Below, one piece after another: positions 49,331 through 60,171 of a stretch of 64,000 nucleotides of DNA (positions are counted from its first letter, which is position 1; each line of letters opens with the position of its first letter). Source of the stretch: Mizuhopecten yessoensis (taxonomy: Eukaryota). Where the stretch lies: NCBI RefSeq assembly GCF_002113885.1, contig NW_018404492.1:6553255-6617254 (forward strand), in the 5' to 3' direction. The position numbers were made by a program, and so were the translations under genes. The notes under the pieces were generated by a model that did not search any database, had not been told where the DNA came from, and worked only from the letters and a program-made list of their open reading frames with translations.

Positions 49331-50967
49331 TTTAAAGCAGGGAGCTTACTCGTGAACGAATCATCCACACATTAAAAATATCTAGTGTAATCCTACAACA
49401 AAAATCGACATGAAAAGAGGGATATAAGACTTAAGAGGCACACCTTCCAATTTCAATTAGCTGAAGTAAAAGGATCAAAGATTAGAAAAACAAGAATTGT
49501 ATATTTTACATGACGTAAATTGATCGACAACACTCTTCAGTCATAGCAATCTGTGATTTAAAAAGACATTACGCCATTGCGATTATTTTTGATTTTTTTT
49601 TTATCACAATCAGTTGGTAGTATTTAATTATCCTAAAATATACTTTCCAAGCGAATACTTTAAATATCAATTGGAAATACATTTCAATAAGAACCCCCTC
49701 ATATGGACCTGATAGTGATCTGATATGGTCACGTGCACGCCAAAATAGAAACCTTGGGTCGATATGTCATATATCAGCGAACTTGAGATAAAGGATTAGC
49801 CAATTGGAATCAAGGAAAGTCGGACTATTTGTAATAAGATATTTTAGTGTTGATTTCATCATATTGATCAATGATTAGTGACATAATACTCAGACCTTTG
49901 GGTAGCTATCAACACATTTTGAATAGTCATTCTTTCTGTAGACGTCTTGGGTAACCCTCTCTGGCAGCATTCTTCCAATAACATTGCATCAAAATATGTC
50001 ATCAACCGAGTGACATCAGAGAAATTAACCCATAGTATCATCAAGACTGATGACTTTTTACACACTTAACGCTTATATGGTTATGTGCATGGTGTGATTG
50101 ATGTTTAACAAGCTACTAATTTAACAGAACATCTACCCAACTTGTTGATTGACTTGCAAACCACGTGGTATTCATCAAGATTTTCTAAACAATTAATAGT
50201 AAGACGACATAAAAATTGGCCTCCAGTTTGTAAACACCACATACCATGTTAAAGACCGATGTGTACATGATATCGGTAAGCAATAATCAATGGGCTATCA
50301 CTGGACTTTAACACACCACGTGGTCCTAAATACATCTATATATCAAACACAGTGTTCACCTGTCACCTGCGGTACACTTGTGTGTGATAAAAACACAGAC
50401 GTTCATTGTGTATATACTAGGAGCTGTAAATACTAAATATATTTATGTAACCAATTATATTTGTGATTTAAAAAACACACACGAACATTGTAATAACTTA
50501 ATATAACGACGTCACAAACTTTTTACATTTAACAAGTAGTGGGTTATTTAATATGAAATCACAACGCATCGGATACACTGTAGGGGAGTATAATGCTACT
50601 CTAAAATTTTGTGTAGTATTGAGTCTCTGTAATGGACGGGTGCAACGTGTATCCACCTGTTACCCATATTTGCCTATAGCAGGAAGTAAATGGATTTAAA
50701 AATATGCAGATAGAAGGAACATAATCAACAATACACGTACCTGATATAGAGGTATATATTATTTCGTCGAGCTTTACATACAGGATTTTGCACATTAAGT
50801 GGGCAGTATCAACTGGAATTCTTTGTGGTAATGCTGATCAGCAAACAAAGTTTTAATCATCAATATATAGGGTTCAAACCCGAATTGGTGTCATTCAATA
50901 AGGACACAAGTTACTGACATTACGAAAACGAAACGACCGATTTCAAAGACATCAGAAGAAATCAAAG

Positions 50968-51507
50968 ATGGCTGCCGTGATGACAAGGCGCGAAATGGGC
51001 GTTCGTGATGTGGGATGCTCCGTGAGCGTCCCGGAAGACGTCAAAGCAAAACTGATGTTCTACTTGAAATGTATTTGTGACCTCATCAGTCTCGATGACC
51101 GAGACGAGGATATGAAGAGACTGACAGATTTCGAGAGATATTACGTTCTAACGGAACCAGAAGTAGATCAGCTGACCGTCGTCTGCATTCTCATTTCACC
51201 AGACCTTTTGGCGGATAAATGTATATTTCACAGTGAGGATATGTGTGGTGATTCCAGGAACAAGTTTTTCGAATTGTCCTCAATTGATCAACAGCTGATC
51301 GTGTCAAACGACATTCTTATTGGCGGAATGCAAACACGTGTCAAAAGAATAATGTGTTATAAAATGGAATGGCTGATGGAATACTATCTGATACCAATAT
51401 TGGTACTGAAGAGAAGGCTCGAACTGAAAATGGCATTGGCACAAGAAATCGTGGCAATGCATGAAAGGGAGGAGGCAGATGCTGGATGCTGCTGCACTAT
51501 ATTGTAG
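50968..51507 (+). CDS. Uncharacterised intronless 179 aa protein with C-terminal CaaX (CCCTIL), paralog B
   Basis: Intact ORF with AAGATGG start and TATA-like TATATAG at 50864; shares AKLMFY.KCICDLI, RLTDFERYY and QTRVKRIMCYKMEWLMEYYL with paralog A. Confidence 0.9.
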   Translation: MAAVMTRREMGVRDVGCSVSVPEDVKAKLMFYLKCICDLISLDDRDEDMKRLTDFERYYVLTEPEVDQLTVVCILISPDLLADKCIFHSEDMCGDSRNKFFELSSIDQQLIVSNDILIGGMQTRVKRIMCYKMEWLMEYYLIPILVLKRRLELKMALAQEIVAMHEREEADAGCCCTIL

Positions 51508-52284
51508 CGAGTCAACACACTGTTGCTAAAACTCAAACATCATTCCCTCATTAACTAGACGCATGATGAACAGTTTTGCCAAACTTGGTTTTTCTTGAAG
51601 TGTTATCGTCTCCAATTGGTTAGGAGATGATACACGAATATTTGCTAACAATGGTACAAACACCAATTGTGATGTCATAATATTTACATCTCTCCCTTCT
51701 TCAGCTTAGTAAACTCTGGCTGTGCATAAATAAATGCATACGCAATGAAAAAAGGCTAGACGGATTGATACCTGTTTCAAATGTGGCGCCGTTCTCGCTT
51801 CAGCTAGATAAGTGTTCGATGACAGCTATTGTTTGGTCTTCAATATCTAAACACATGAAACATATTCGGGATCCATTATGTCTGATTATACACAATGAGA
51901 TGCTGGCCAACGTCTTATGACATGGATGCAGATTCAAAAAAAATTGACGATAAAGTAAACAATGGAGGCTTCCTTTTACGACGTTCGACCGCGTCACTAC
52001 CAAAGAAGTGTGTCAATGCGTGTACATAACGACCGTCATAAATGAATACAAATGTTCCAAGTGCTAAGAGTAGTACTTCATTAAAAACTTAAAAGCGATC
52101 AAAAGAAGTAAAATAGTGTTGTGCACTGCGTATTTTCTAAATTTACCCATATATCGATGTAGATTCACCGAAACTATATTATCTTAGCAAAAACGGCTAC
52201 CGTAGTTACCATCGTAGTAACCCGCTTCAGCTGTTATTTTCTTTGTTTACCATTTGAACATTATTTATGATGTAAATATAAGGA

Positions 52285-52418
52285 TTGACCTTCATTTTGA
52301 CGGCGTATACGGTAGTGTGAACGCAGTTGACAACGGAACATATTATATGGTGCGCTAGAATATGTTCCGTTGCCAACTGCGTTCATACTATCGTATACGC
52401 AGGCAAAATAAAGGTCAA
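52285..52418. repeat. Long hairpin (60 bp arms, 14 nt loop), probably the end of a non-autonomous element
   Basis: 52285-52344 is the imperfect reverse complement of 52359-52418; the segment is absent from duplication copy A. Confidence 0.85.
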
Positions 52419-52425
52419 ACTTTAA

Positions 52426-53811
52426 ATATATCAACAGAGAGTGATACAGTGATTATTAAATCATTATTTATCAACAGAGATTGATACAGTGATTATTATA
52501 TCTGTATTAATCAACAGAGAGTGATACAGCTATAACTATATCATTATATATCAAAAGGGAGTGATACAGTGCACGTGGTTACTGTATCTTTATAAAATGA
52601 TAAATCAACAGGGAGAGATACAGTGATTACTATAACGTTATAAATCAAAAGAGTTTGATACAGTGGTTACTATATCTTAAGGTATCAACAGAGATTGATA
52701 CAGTGGTTATTTTATATTTATTTAGGTATCAACAGAGATTGATACAGTGGTTACTATATATGTATGTATCAACAGAGATTGCTACAATGGTTACTATATC
52801 TTCAGGTATCAACAGAGATTGATACGATGGTTTTTTTATATTTATTTAGGTATTAACATAGATTGATACAGTGGTTACCATATATTTAGGTATCAACAGA
52901 GATTGATCCAGTGGTTACTATATATTTATGTATCAACAGAGATTGATACAGAGGTTACTATATCTGTATGTATCAACAGAGATTGCTACAATGGTTACTA
53001 TATCTTTAGGCATCAACAGAGATTGATACAATGGATACTATATCTTTAGGGATCAACAGAGATTGATAAAGTGGATACTATATATTTAGGTATCAACAGA
53101 GATTGATCCAGTGGTTATTTTATATTTATTTAGGTATCAACATAGATTGATACAGTGGTTACTATATAATTAGGTATCAACAGAGATTGATCCAGTGGTT
53201 ACTATATATTTAGGTATTAACAGAGATTGATACGATGGTTTTTTTATATTTATTTAGGTATTAACATAGATTGATACAGTGGTTACCATATATTTAGGTA
53301 TCAACAGAGATTGATACAATGGTTATTCTATATTTATTTAGGTATCAACATAGATTGATACAGTGGTTACTCTATCTTTAGGTATCAACAGAGATTGATG
53401 CAATGGTTATTTTATATTTATTTAGGTATCAACAGAGATTGATCCAGTGGTTATTTTATATTTATTTAGGTATCAACATAGATTGATCCAGTGGTTACTA
53501 TATATTTATGTATCAACAGATATTGATACAGTGGTTACTATATATTTATGTATCAACAGAGATTGATAAAGTGGTTACTATATATTTATGTATCAACAGA
53601 TATTGATACAGTGGTTACTATAACTTTAGGTATCAACATAGATTGATACAGTGGTTACAATATCTTTAGGTATCAACAGAGATTGATGCAGTGGTTACTA
53701 TATCTTTAGGGATCAACAGAGATTGATAAAGTGGTTACTATATCTGTAGGTATCAACAGAGATTGATACAGTGGTTACTATATCTTTAGGTATCAACAGA
53801 GATTGATACAG
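52426..53811 (+). repeat. 40/44 bp minisatellite, ~33 copies
   Basis: TATCAACAGAGATTGATACAGTGGTTACTATATCTTTAGG head-to-tail; the 44 bp variant carries TTTTATATTTATTTAGG. Confidence 0.97.
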
Positions 53812-54021
53812 CAATGCTGTATATATCTCCATCGTTACGGTTTGGTATTCTGGTTTCAAAAATAAAATGTTTATATTTTCATTGTTTTCGTTCAATTGAA
53901 TATAGACATAGTATCACATAGTTGGAAGACGTGCATTTTTAAATCAACACTTTGAAATATACTTCCAAAAAAAAACTACCAATACAAATGGAACTACACC
54001 AACTGACATATAACCAGAACA

Positions 54022-54195
54022 GACTCCCTTTTCTCAGGGATGTTATATAATAAATTAACTCCCTTTCCTCAGGTACTTTTCATTATAACTTAATTTCCTT
54101 TCCCCAGGAATATGATATAGTAAAATAACCTCCCTTTCCTCAGGAATGTTATATAATAAATTAACTCCCTTTCCTCAGGGATGTTATATAATATA
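54022..54195 (+). repeat. ~35 bp minisatellite, ~5 copies
   Basis: ACTCCCTTTCCTCAGGGATGTTATATAATAAATTA repeated. Confidence 0.85.
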
Positions 54196-54838
54196 TATCA
54201 ACTAAACATGACACATTAATTGATGCATCCCTATTTCTCCATCTGGACTCATCCATCTTCTTTCATTTAAACAACAGTAAATCACACTGCTCCATGAATG
54301 TCGTATACAAAATCAACTCAATTGTTTTTCCCTTTGGAGCTCTGACATCTGCCACTTTCATTTACGTAAAATTGAATCTTGTTGGTCCTTAGACTGATCA
54401 TACCAATTTCATTTAATATCCTCTCAGGTGATTTCGAGAAGTAGTCTTGTCTTTTAAGGAATGACAAATGCAAACCACCAATGGCAGAATAGTGTTCTTG
54501 TTTTAATTTTGTTTGTTTATGAGCTATGTATAGAATACATATTTATATCATAAACACAAATGATCTTACCAGCTTTTTCACAATTTGTCATAATAAATAG
54601 ATATTATTGGTTTACACAAATGTTTTTCAATGAAACGGTATTTTGTTCCTGACAATGTTGTCAAGTACCCCATACTAATTTTTTCTTTATTGACAGATTG
54701 CATAACTTAAATGCATTCTCCAGAATATTTGCACTTTTCTTTCAACAAGTTCTCTTTTACTTATTTTTGTCATATTTAGACATGTAACATTTTCATTTAA
54801 AATTCTCTAAGCAAATCTTAGGTAAGAAATTTCCTTAA

Positions 54839-55154
54839 GGGACCCTACCGCTGCCAAAAACTGTAGCTTCACTACACATTGGAAACCGTTTCTCTGGCAT
54901 TGATAAACATGTAGCTTTGATCAATCAATTCTGAAAAGAATATTGCATCTAATTGGACTTTTATGGGAAAAAAGAAAGAAAAATGAAATAAACGAAATAT
55001 AAAGATTCAAACCCTGAACTTAGATGGTTGTACTTGCGCTCTAACCGACTGACATACACGTACCTAGTCATTGGAAGAGTCTTGGCAAATTTATCTTAAA
55101 TGAAATTAATAGAGGTTACTATACAAAAAGCACAGTGCAGTGGGATAGGAATCC
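54839..55154. mobile_element. Kolobok-like non-autonomous element, copy 3
   Basis: TTAA|GGGACCCTACCGCTGCCAAAAACT ... GTGCAGTGGGATAGGAATCC|TTAA; ends match copy 2. Confidence 0.7.
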
Positions 55155-56130
55155 TTAAGCTAACGCTGTTTTGTGAAACTTGAACCAAGCTTTTATATTG
55201 GTTTTCCTAGTGTTGAATTCATTTACACATATACCTATCAGTTCTACTTACCAAACATGAAATATTTCTACCCAATGTGGAGTTAAATTTCCTTTCAATG
55301 GGACAATAGGAACGAAATAAAAGAGGACAAAAACTTTCCATTTTACAGTAGGTATTTAAACTCATGACCTATGACCAGCTGTACCCAATCTAAATCACTG
55401 GCATATAAAGCTGGGTAAGGATATGTGCTTCCTTATTTATCTGGGTATATATTGTTCACATTTTGTTTACAGGCATAACAAAGTGTTTGGATCCATTATC
55501 CAGCCTAGTAGATTGAATTTCATGACACTGGAACCTCTTTCTCACAAATGCAGAAATGTTGAACTGGGATTGGTGATCTTCTTTTAATCAATTCTTTGCA
55601 AGGAAGTAATATTATTCTGATTACAAAAGTAAAACTCTGTATTTAAAATGAATCTAAGAATGCTTGTGTGAAAAGCAATTTGTAGATTCCTGGCAAAAAA
55701 ATTCCACAGAATATCTAGATCTGTAAATCAGTGTAATTATAAATAATGGTGTGCTGTACATAGTGTCAAAGTCTCCTTGCCAGCTTCAGCTAAGGAAATT
55801 TCCCTTAATTTGTCTGCTGTCGTGATTTTGATCTTCAGGGAATGCATGTATTATTTTCTCTTCTTTCTTTCTATTACAAATTGGTGCTGTTGACCCTTCC
55901 AATTCCAGGAAGTGGAGTAAATGAATCTGAGTTGCAGTAGTCTTTGACAGTGAAGAGTATATTCATTGTCTAGTGTGAAAGTCATCTTACCAGCATAAAT
56001 TACTAGCTTTGGCTAGAGGGAACTTTTCCTTAGATCAATGATAGAGCATCTTACTAGAATGTCTGGAGTCTGGGGGTTCGTTCCCCAGAGAATTGGCATA
56101 TTCTTCTTACTAATTCCTTCCCATTACATA

Positions 56131-56159
56131 ATGATGATGATGATGATGATGATGATGAT
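56131..56159. repeat. (ATG)n microsatellite in the NR2C2AP 3' UTR
   Basis: Nine-plus perfect ATG units just past the minus-strand stop codon. Confidence 0.95.
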
Positions 56160-56176
56160 ACCTATTCAGTCTTCTG

Positions 56177-56296
56177 TCAACTCTTTGATCCTAGTATCAT
56201 AAGTTGATATATTGTTATTCTTCCAAAAAAGTCTGTACTATTGGTGAACACAATCCTGAAACTGGACATCTTCAAAGGCTGTGGAAGTTTGAATAT
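56177..56296 (-). CDS. NR2C2AP: Nuclear receptor 2C2-associated protein (TRA16), exon 4
   Basis: IFKLPQPLKMSSFRIVFTNSTDFFGRITIYQLMILGSKS*, preceded by a U12 branch site TTTCCTTGAC and an AC acceptor. Confidence 0.92.
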   Translation of the reverse strand: MFKLPQPLKMSSFRIVFTNSTDFFGRITIYQLMILGSKS

Positions 56297-57397
56297 GTAA
56301 ACAGGTCAAGGAAAGATAAAAATAAAATTAAAAAAATAGCGGAATTAAGTTTAACTGGAATTAAAATGGACAAATGTTCAATGATGAGACCACACCTTAG
56401 AAAAATCTAACGTAGTTTTACAATTTTGGACATAAAAGAGGGAGATAAGGGCTCCAGTCATCCCCCTCCCATTACAGAGGCAAACATTGTACCCATGACA
56501 TTTAAAGGCAGGTGTATTGCCAAGATAAAATTGATGAAAAAATCTGTTTGTACATGACACGATACTAATTAAGTACATGGACAACATGTATAGTAAGAAA
56601 ATATACATTTAATTATATGACGGACTTTAAAGCCATAACAAGATTTTCCCCGACATCTGGAACTTGGAAACCAAAACTTGTTCTAGAATCATCAGAGGTA
56701 CTGTTACTAAAACAATAACTATACATAGATCTATGGATATTTATGAGTCCTATGTTTCTAAACAAGAATGATATCAGATAAATATTATTTTTCTCTGTTA
56801 TTCAACCTCAGTACTTACCTTTCTTAACAAACAAAGAAGGGCAACTCATATTGAGGAAATGATATCCAAGATAACCAAAGTTAGGTTAGCCTTGTCCAAA
56901 AATTTCTATATAAAGCAGCATGTTTAACAGGGTATGTACCCCCACTTCACCAAGACAAATTTACTTCACTTTACTTTCATTATTTCAATTCTTTATCATG
57001 AAGGCAAAGTCCCCATGATCTCAAGAGCATAAATAAAGTTTAAAAACAGTTTAATACTGTAATTGACTGCAAATAAGACCCTCCTCACCTTGGCAGTTGT
57101 CCTAGGAACAGGGTGTGTGCCTGCAACTAATCCCCCTCTCTACTTTTGATCAATCTTTCTTTCATTAGGGGTGGAAGCTTATTTGTCATCAAATATGGTA
57201 TACTCAGGGATTCTATTGTGAAAAGCGAAATTAACAAGGGGTGAATGTGGATTTTACAACTGATGCGTAAATATTTTACCAGTCAAAATTTTCTAACATA
57301 CAGTTTATACATGTGAATATTACCACAGGTAATTGATCTTTCACAGAAACTGTTATCTAAAAAAATTCTAAAGTTGAATTGAATTTTGAAAGGATAT
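56297..57397 (-). other. U12-type (minor spliceosome) AT-AC intron
   Basis: 5' site ATATCCTTT (57397-57389), branch TTTCCTTGAC (56314-56305), 3' AC (56298-56297); joins exons in phase 0. Confidence 0.93.
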
Positions 57398-57568
57398 TTG
57401 TAAAGAGTTGATATCCTCTGGGTAGAAATCCATGATTTTCTGTATTTCTTCCCCGTTATGGGCCTCCAAACAGCAGTCTTTACCAGCAAATCCTCCCTGG
57501 AACTTGATCTGTACCTCCTCCACATTGCAGTCCGAGTCCAAGTTTATATGAATCCATTGTGGTGAACC
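57398..57568 (-). CDS. NR2C2AP: NR2C2AP exon 3
   Basis: GSPQWIHINLDSDCNVEEVQIKFQGGFAGKDCCLEAHNGEEIQKIMDFYPEDINSLQ, 171 nt. Confidence 0.93.
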
Positions 57569-58019
57569 CTACAATAATGAGTCAATTTGTCAATCAAAAT
57601 AAGACATATACATGTTCAATGAACACTAAAGAATATCAATAGCAGTTTTCTTTTCTTCCAAAATTTATTCACTTTTAGAAAGAATTTAAATTAAGGCAAA
57701 CAATATGCTTTTAAAAATTGGAGAAAAATAAGGTTATCAAATAGTTTGTAATATAATAAATTAAACCACCAGATTTTCATTACCATTTTACATGGTGATA
57801 AGGGAATTAATGGCAGAGTTTGCCATGCCATCTAAATGTAAGATGGAGTCCTGGAATTGTGTTCGAACAATATAAAGAACTTACACAAAATCATGCAAAA
57901 AATGGGAAGAGGAAATACATGAATTAAAAGAGGAGGAATCCTATTTCTGTTAAGCTGAAATTTGAATGCCATTTTGCTGTTACAGTTAAGTATATGTACT
58001 GGCTACTGGTAGAAATTAC

Positions 58020-58110
58020 CTGGTCTGAATTCCAACACGTGTCTTCCTCTCCATCAAAAAGATATTTCTTACCAAACTGTTTGGTATCTCGATTCAGTAC
58101 AGAACTCACA
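58020..58110 (-). CDS. NR2C2AP: NR2C2AP exon 2
   Basis: RVSSVLNRDTKQFGKKYLFDGEEDTCWNSDQ family signature; TTACAG acceptor and CAG|GTAATT donor. Confidence 0.95.
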
Positions 58111-59023
58111 CTGTAATGGAAAAAAGTACATGTACAAAGAAAATGTTACATCTGAAATGTATTTATCACCTCTTTCTATTATAGTGATAGTTATAGCCAA
58201 ATCTGCTCACATTGCATGTTTTGCCCAAAGGGGTATATATGTTACAAATGTCTTAAATACACAAATACTATATGTACTTATCACTTACACTGTATATTTA
58301 GGTGTGCTGTGACCCATACCAGTATAGCATACATCTATGAGTTATTTCAGACACATTGTAACAAACCCCTGTGATCTGCTGGTACTCTAGTACCTGCTCT
58401 GAGAAAACAGGTGCAGGGAGAGTTAGTTTACAAAACAAGATACAAGAAACTTTATTTAACGTCGCATATATCAAACATAGAAACATTAGCGCTATTTTTG
58501 CGACAAACATGATAAAAAGCAAACAGAAAACAACAAAACAAGCTATACACTATCACAGAAAGCTAGCACATAATCAGCGAGTAAAACATACAATAATATA
58601 GCAGCATATACATAGATAGCACAGGCACTAAATTTAAAGTACTATCTTAAAATGATGTAAAGTGATAATAGTGAAACACCTGCATATCACACAGGTGTTG
58701 TTATATGATAGGAGGGTTAAAACACTTCAAGTGTAATGTACATACATGCTAATATAGCACAAGAGTAAAAATTGACATATTATACAACCATAAGATAATG
58801 GTTCATATTACAATGTATGAATGTACAGGTGTTAACAGATGAGGCTAAAACCTGTGAACCAACAGGGACTTGAATGTACAGTAGCTGGCCTAGCATTTGT
58901 TCGGAATGAGTTGATTTAAGAGCGGATCCAGGACAGGGTATTGGTAGGGGGACAAGGGGTTACAGCAAAAATTTGGTGGATCCACTTGCGTATCAACGTA
59001 TATGCAGCTACAAGCCTGTACCG

Positions 59024-59060
<37 letters not shown>

Positions 59061-59192
59061 NACTTATTGTCTAACGGATAGACAGCTGAAATCACAATCT
59101 GAATTTGTCTTCCACAGTATATGATGATTATTATAAAGTGTGGCACAACATTAGCTGTTAACACAGGCTCGAGGACCAGGAAACATGCTTAC

Positions 59193-59227
59193 CGTACACG
59201 TGTGCTTCCATCAACAACTGCTGTCAT
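59193..59227 (-). CDS. NR2C2AP: NR2C2AP exon 1; spliced CDS 417 nt = 138 aa
   Basis: ACAATGACA start, MTAVVDGSTRV; donor CG|GTAAGC in phase 2 matches exon 2. Confidence 0.85.
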
Positions 59228-59480
59228 TGTTATGAATGCCTTGCAAACGCCTGAGTGCATAGATTACGAGAGTCGACGTTATTGGAACGCTTAATGTTTA
59301 TACTACCGGTCGTCTAACGACTCTAACCCTCCAGCATGTGTGAGCTACACGTTACCTGTAAATGGAGAAAACCGTGAAACTTTAAGATTGTTAAGTTGAA
59401 AGTATTCATTCAAAGAATATGTGTGTATCATGCGCATTTGGAGTTGAACCATTATTTACAGAAACGTGGCATTGCATGAA
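59228..59480. promoter_or_regulatory. Probable bidirectional promoter between NR2C2AP and the C15orf40 homolog
   Basis: Divergent start codons are separated by only 253 bp; locally CpG-containing. Confidence 0.65.
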
Positions 59481-59636
59481 ATGGACGGTGTGCCTCTCAT
59501 CAAATCTGTTTTGAAAGTCTGTAAGAGAGTGCCAACACATAAACAAGGAGAGTCTATATGTGTTTCTATATATAGACACATTTCTTCAACCAGTCCATGC
59601 AGTATGCCCTCAAAGAAACAAAAGAAAGGTGGCAAG
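59481..59636 (+). CDS. C15orf40: UPF0235 protein C15orf40 homolog, exon 1 (ATG 59481, or downstream ATG 59604)
   Basis: ...RHISSTSPCSMPSKKQKKGGK; donor AAG|GTAAAA, phase 0. The MP(S)KK segment resembles the vertebrate protein (recalled). Confidence 0.7.
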
Positions 59637-60038
59637 GTAAAAAGTATTTCATTACAGAAGTTATATGCTAATAAGTGGCTCCTGCAGGATTTTCCATACA
59701 GTTTCTGTGTGACTTATATTATTCCTGTGTGCAAGCAGAGACGTTTATACGTCTCTGGTGCAAGTAAAGTGTATATGCAGACAAGAAGATGATCACCAAA
59801 ATGTTACAAAAACGATGGTTTACCTGGAGTCGTTAAATGATGTAAATTGTATCGATCATGATATGATTTTTCATTAGGGAAAGATTTTGTATTGGTATCA
59901 CGTGCATAGATCCTTAAAATTATCAAAATTGCGTGTTTTTTTTTAGATTTTTAAATCCTAAACAATTACCTTTTAAAATGAGATGGTTTATTAATTTATA
60001 ATTACACATGTATGTCATTCATCATCACTTATTTACAG

Positions 60039-60171
60039 GGAGCGTCTTCCTCTGAAATGGATACTGGAACACCAGAAGGAGAAAACACAAGAGCTGTTGT
60101 CGCCAATCCTGATTCAACTGTCACTATCAAAATATTGGCAAAACCAGGAGCAAAATTCAATGGAATAACAG
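60039..60171 (+). CDS. C15orf40: UPF0235 protein C15orf40 homolog, exon 2; later exons not found in window
   Basis: Acceptor TTTACAG; AVVANPDSTVTIKILAKPGAKFNGIT matches the YggU/DUF167 N-terminal motif (VxIxxKPGAK). Donor CAG|GTATTC. Confidence 0.85.

Larger units (their letters stand above)
45700..49460 (+). repeat. Tandem segmental duplication, copy A (paralogous to ~49880-56460)
   Basis: Colinear non-coding matches by eye: 45820/49936, 46195/50352, 46541/50680, 47541/53791, 47650/53911, 48084/54405, 48696/55682, 49250/56182. Boundaries are approximate. Confidence 0.8.
49880..56460 (+). repeat. Tandem segmental duplication, copy B (longer because of insertions and a minisatellite)
   Basis: See copy A. 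Extra DNA in B: ~51600-52425 insertion, 52426-53811 array, 54022-54195 array, 54839-55154 element. Confidence 0.8.

Noticed and set aside
52426-53811. CRISPR-like array (palindromic repeat at regular spacing)
   Set aside because: The intervening sequence is itself repeated, not unique spacers; no cas genes; eukaryotic context.
48803-56088. tRNA genes at 48803, 49105 and 56030
   Set aside because: Boxes are decayed and there is no acceptor stem; treated as SINE-like remnants.
57283-57397. Frame reading KYPFKIQFNFRIF...YKLYVRKF as the NR2C2AP C-terminus
   Set aside because: It is out of frame with exon 3; the true exon with STDFFGRITIY is at 56177-56296 behind a U12 intron.
59024-59061. Poly-C tract / poly-Gly ORF 58916-59164
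   Set aside because: The homopolymer ends at an N, so its length is unreliable and it is likely an assembly join; intronic.
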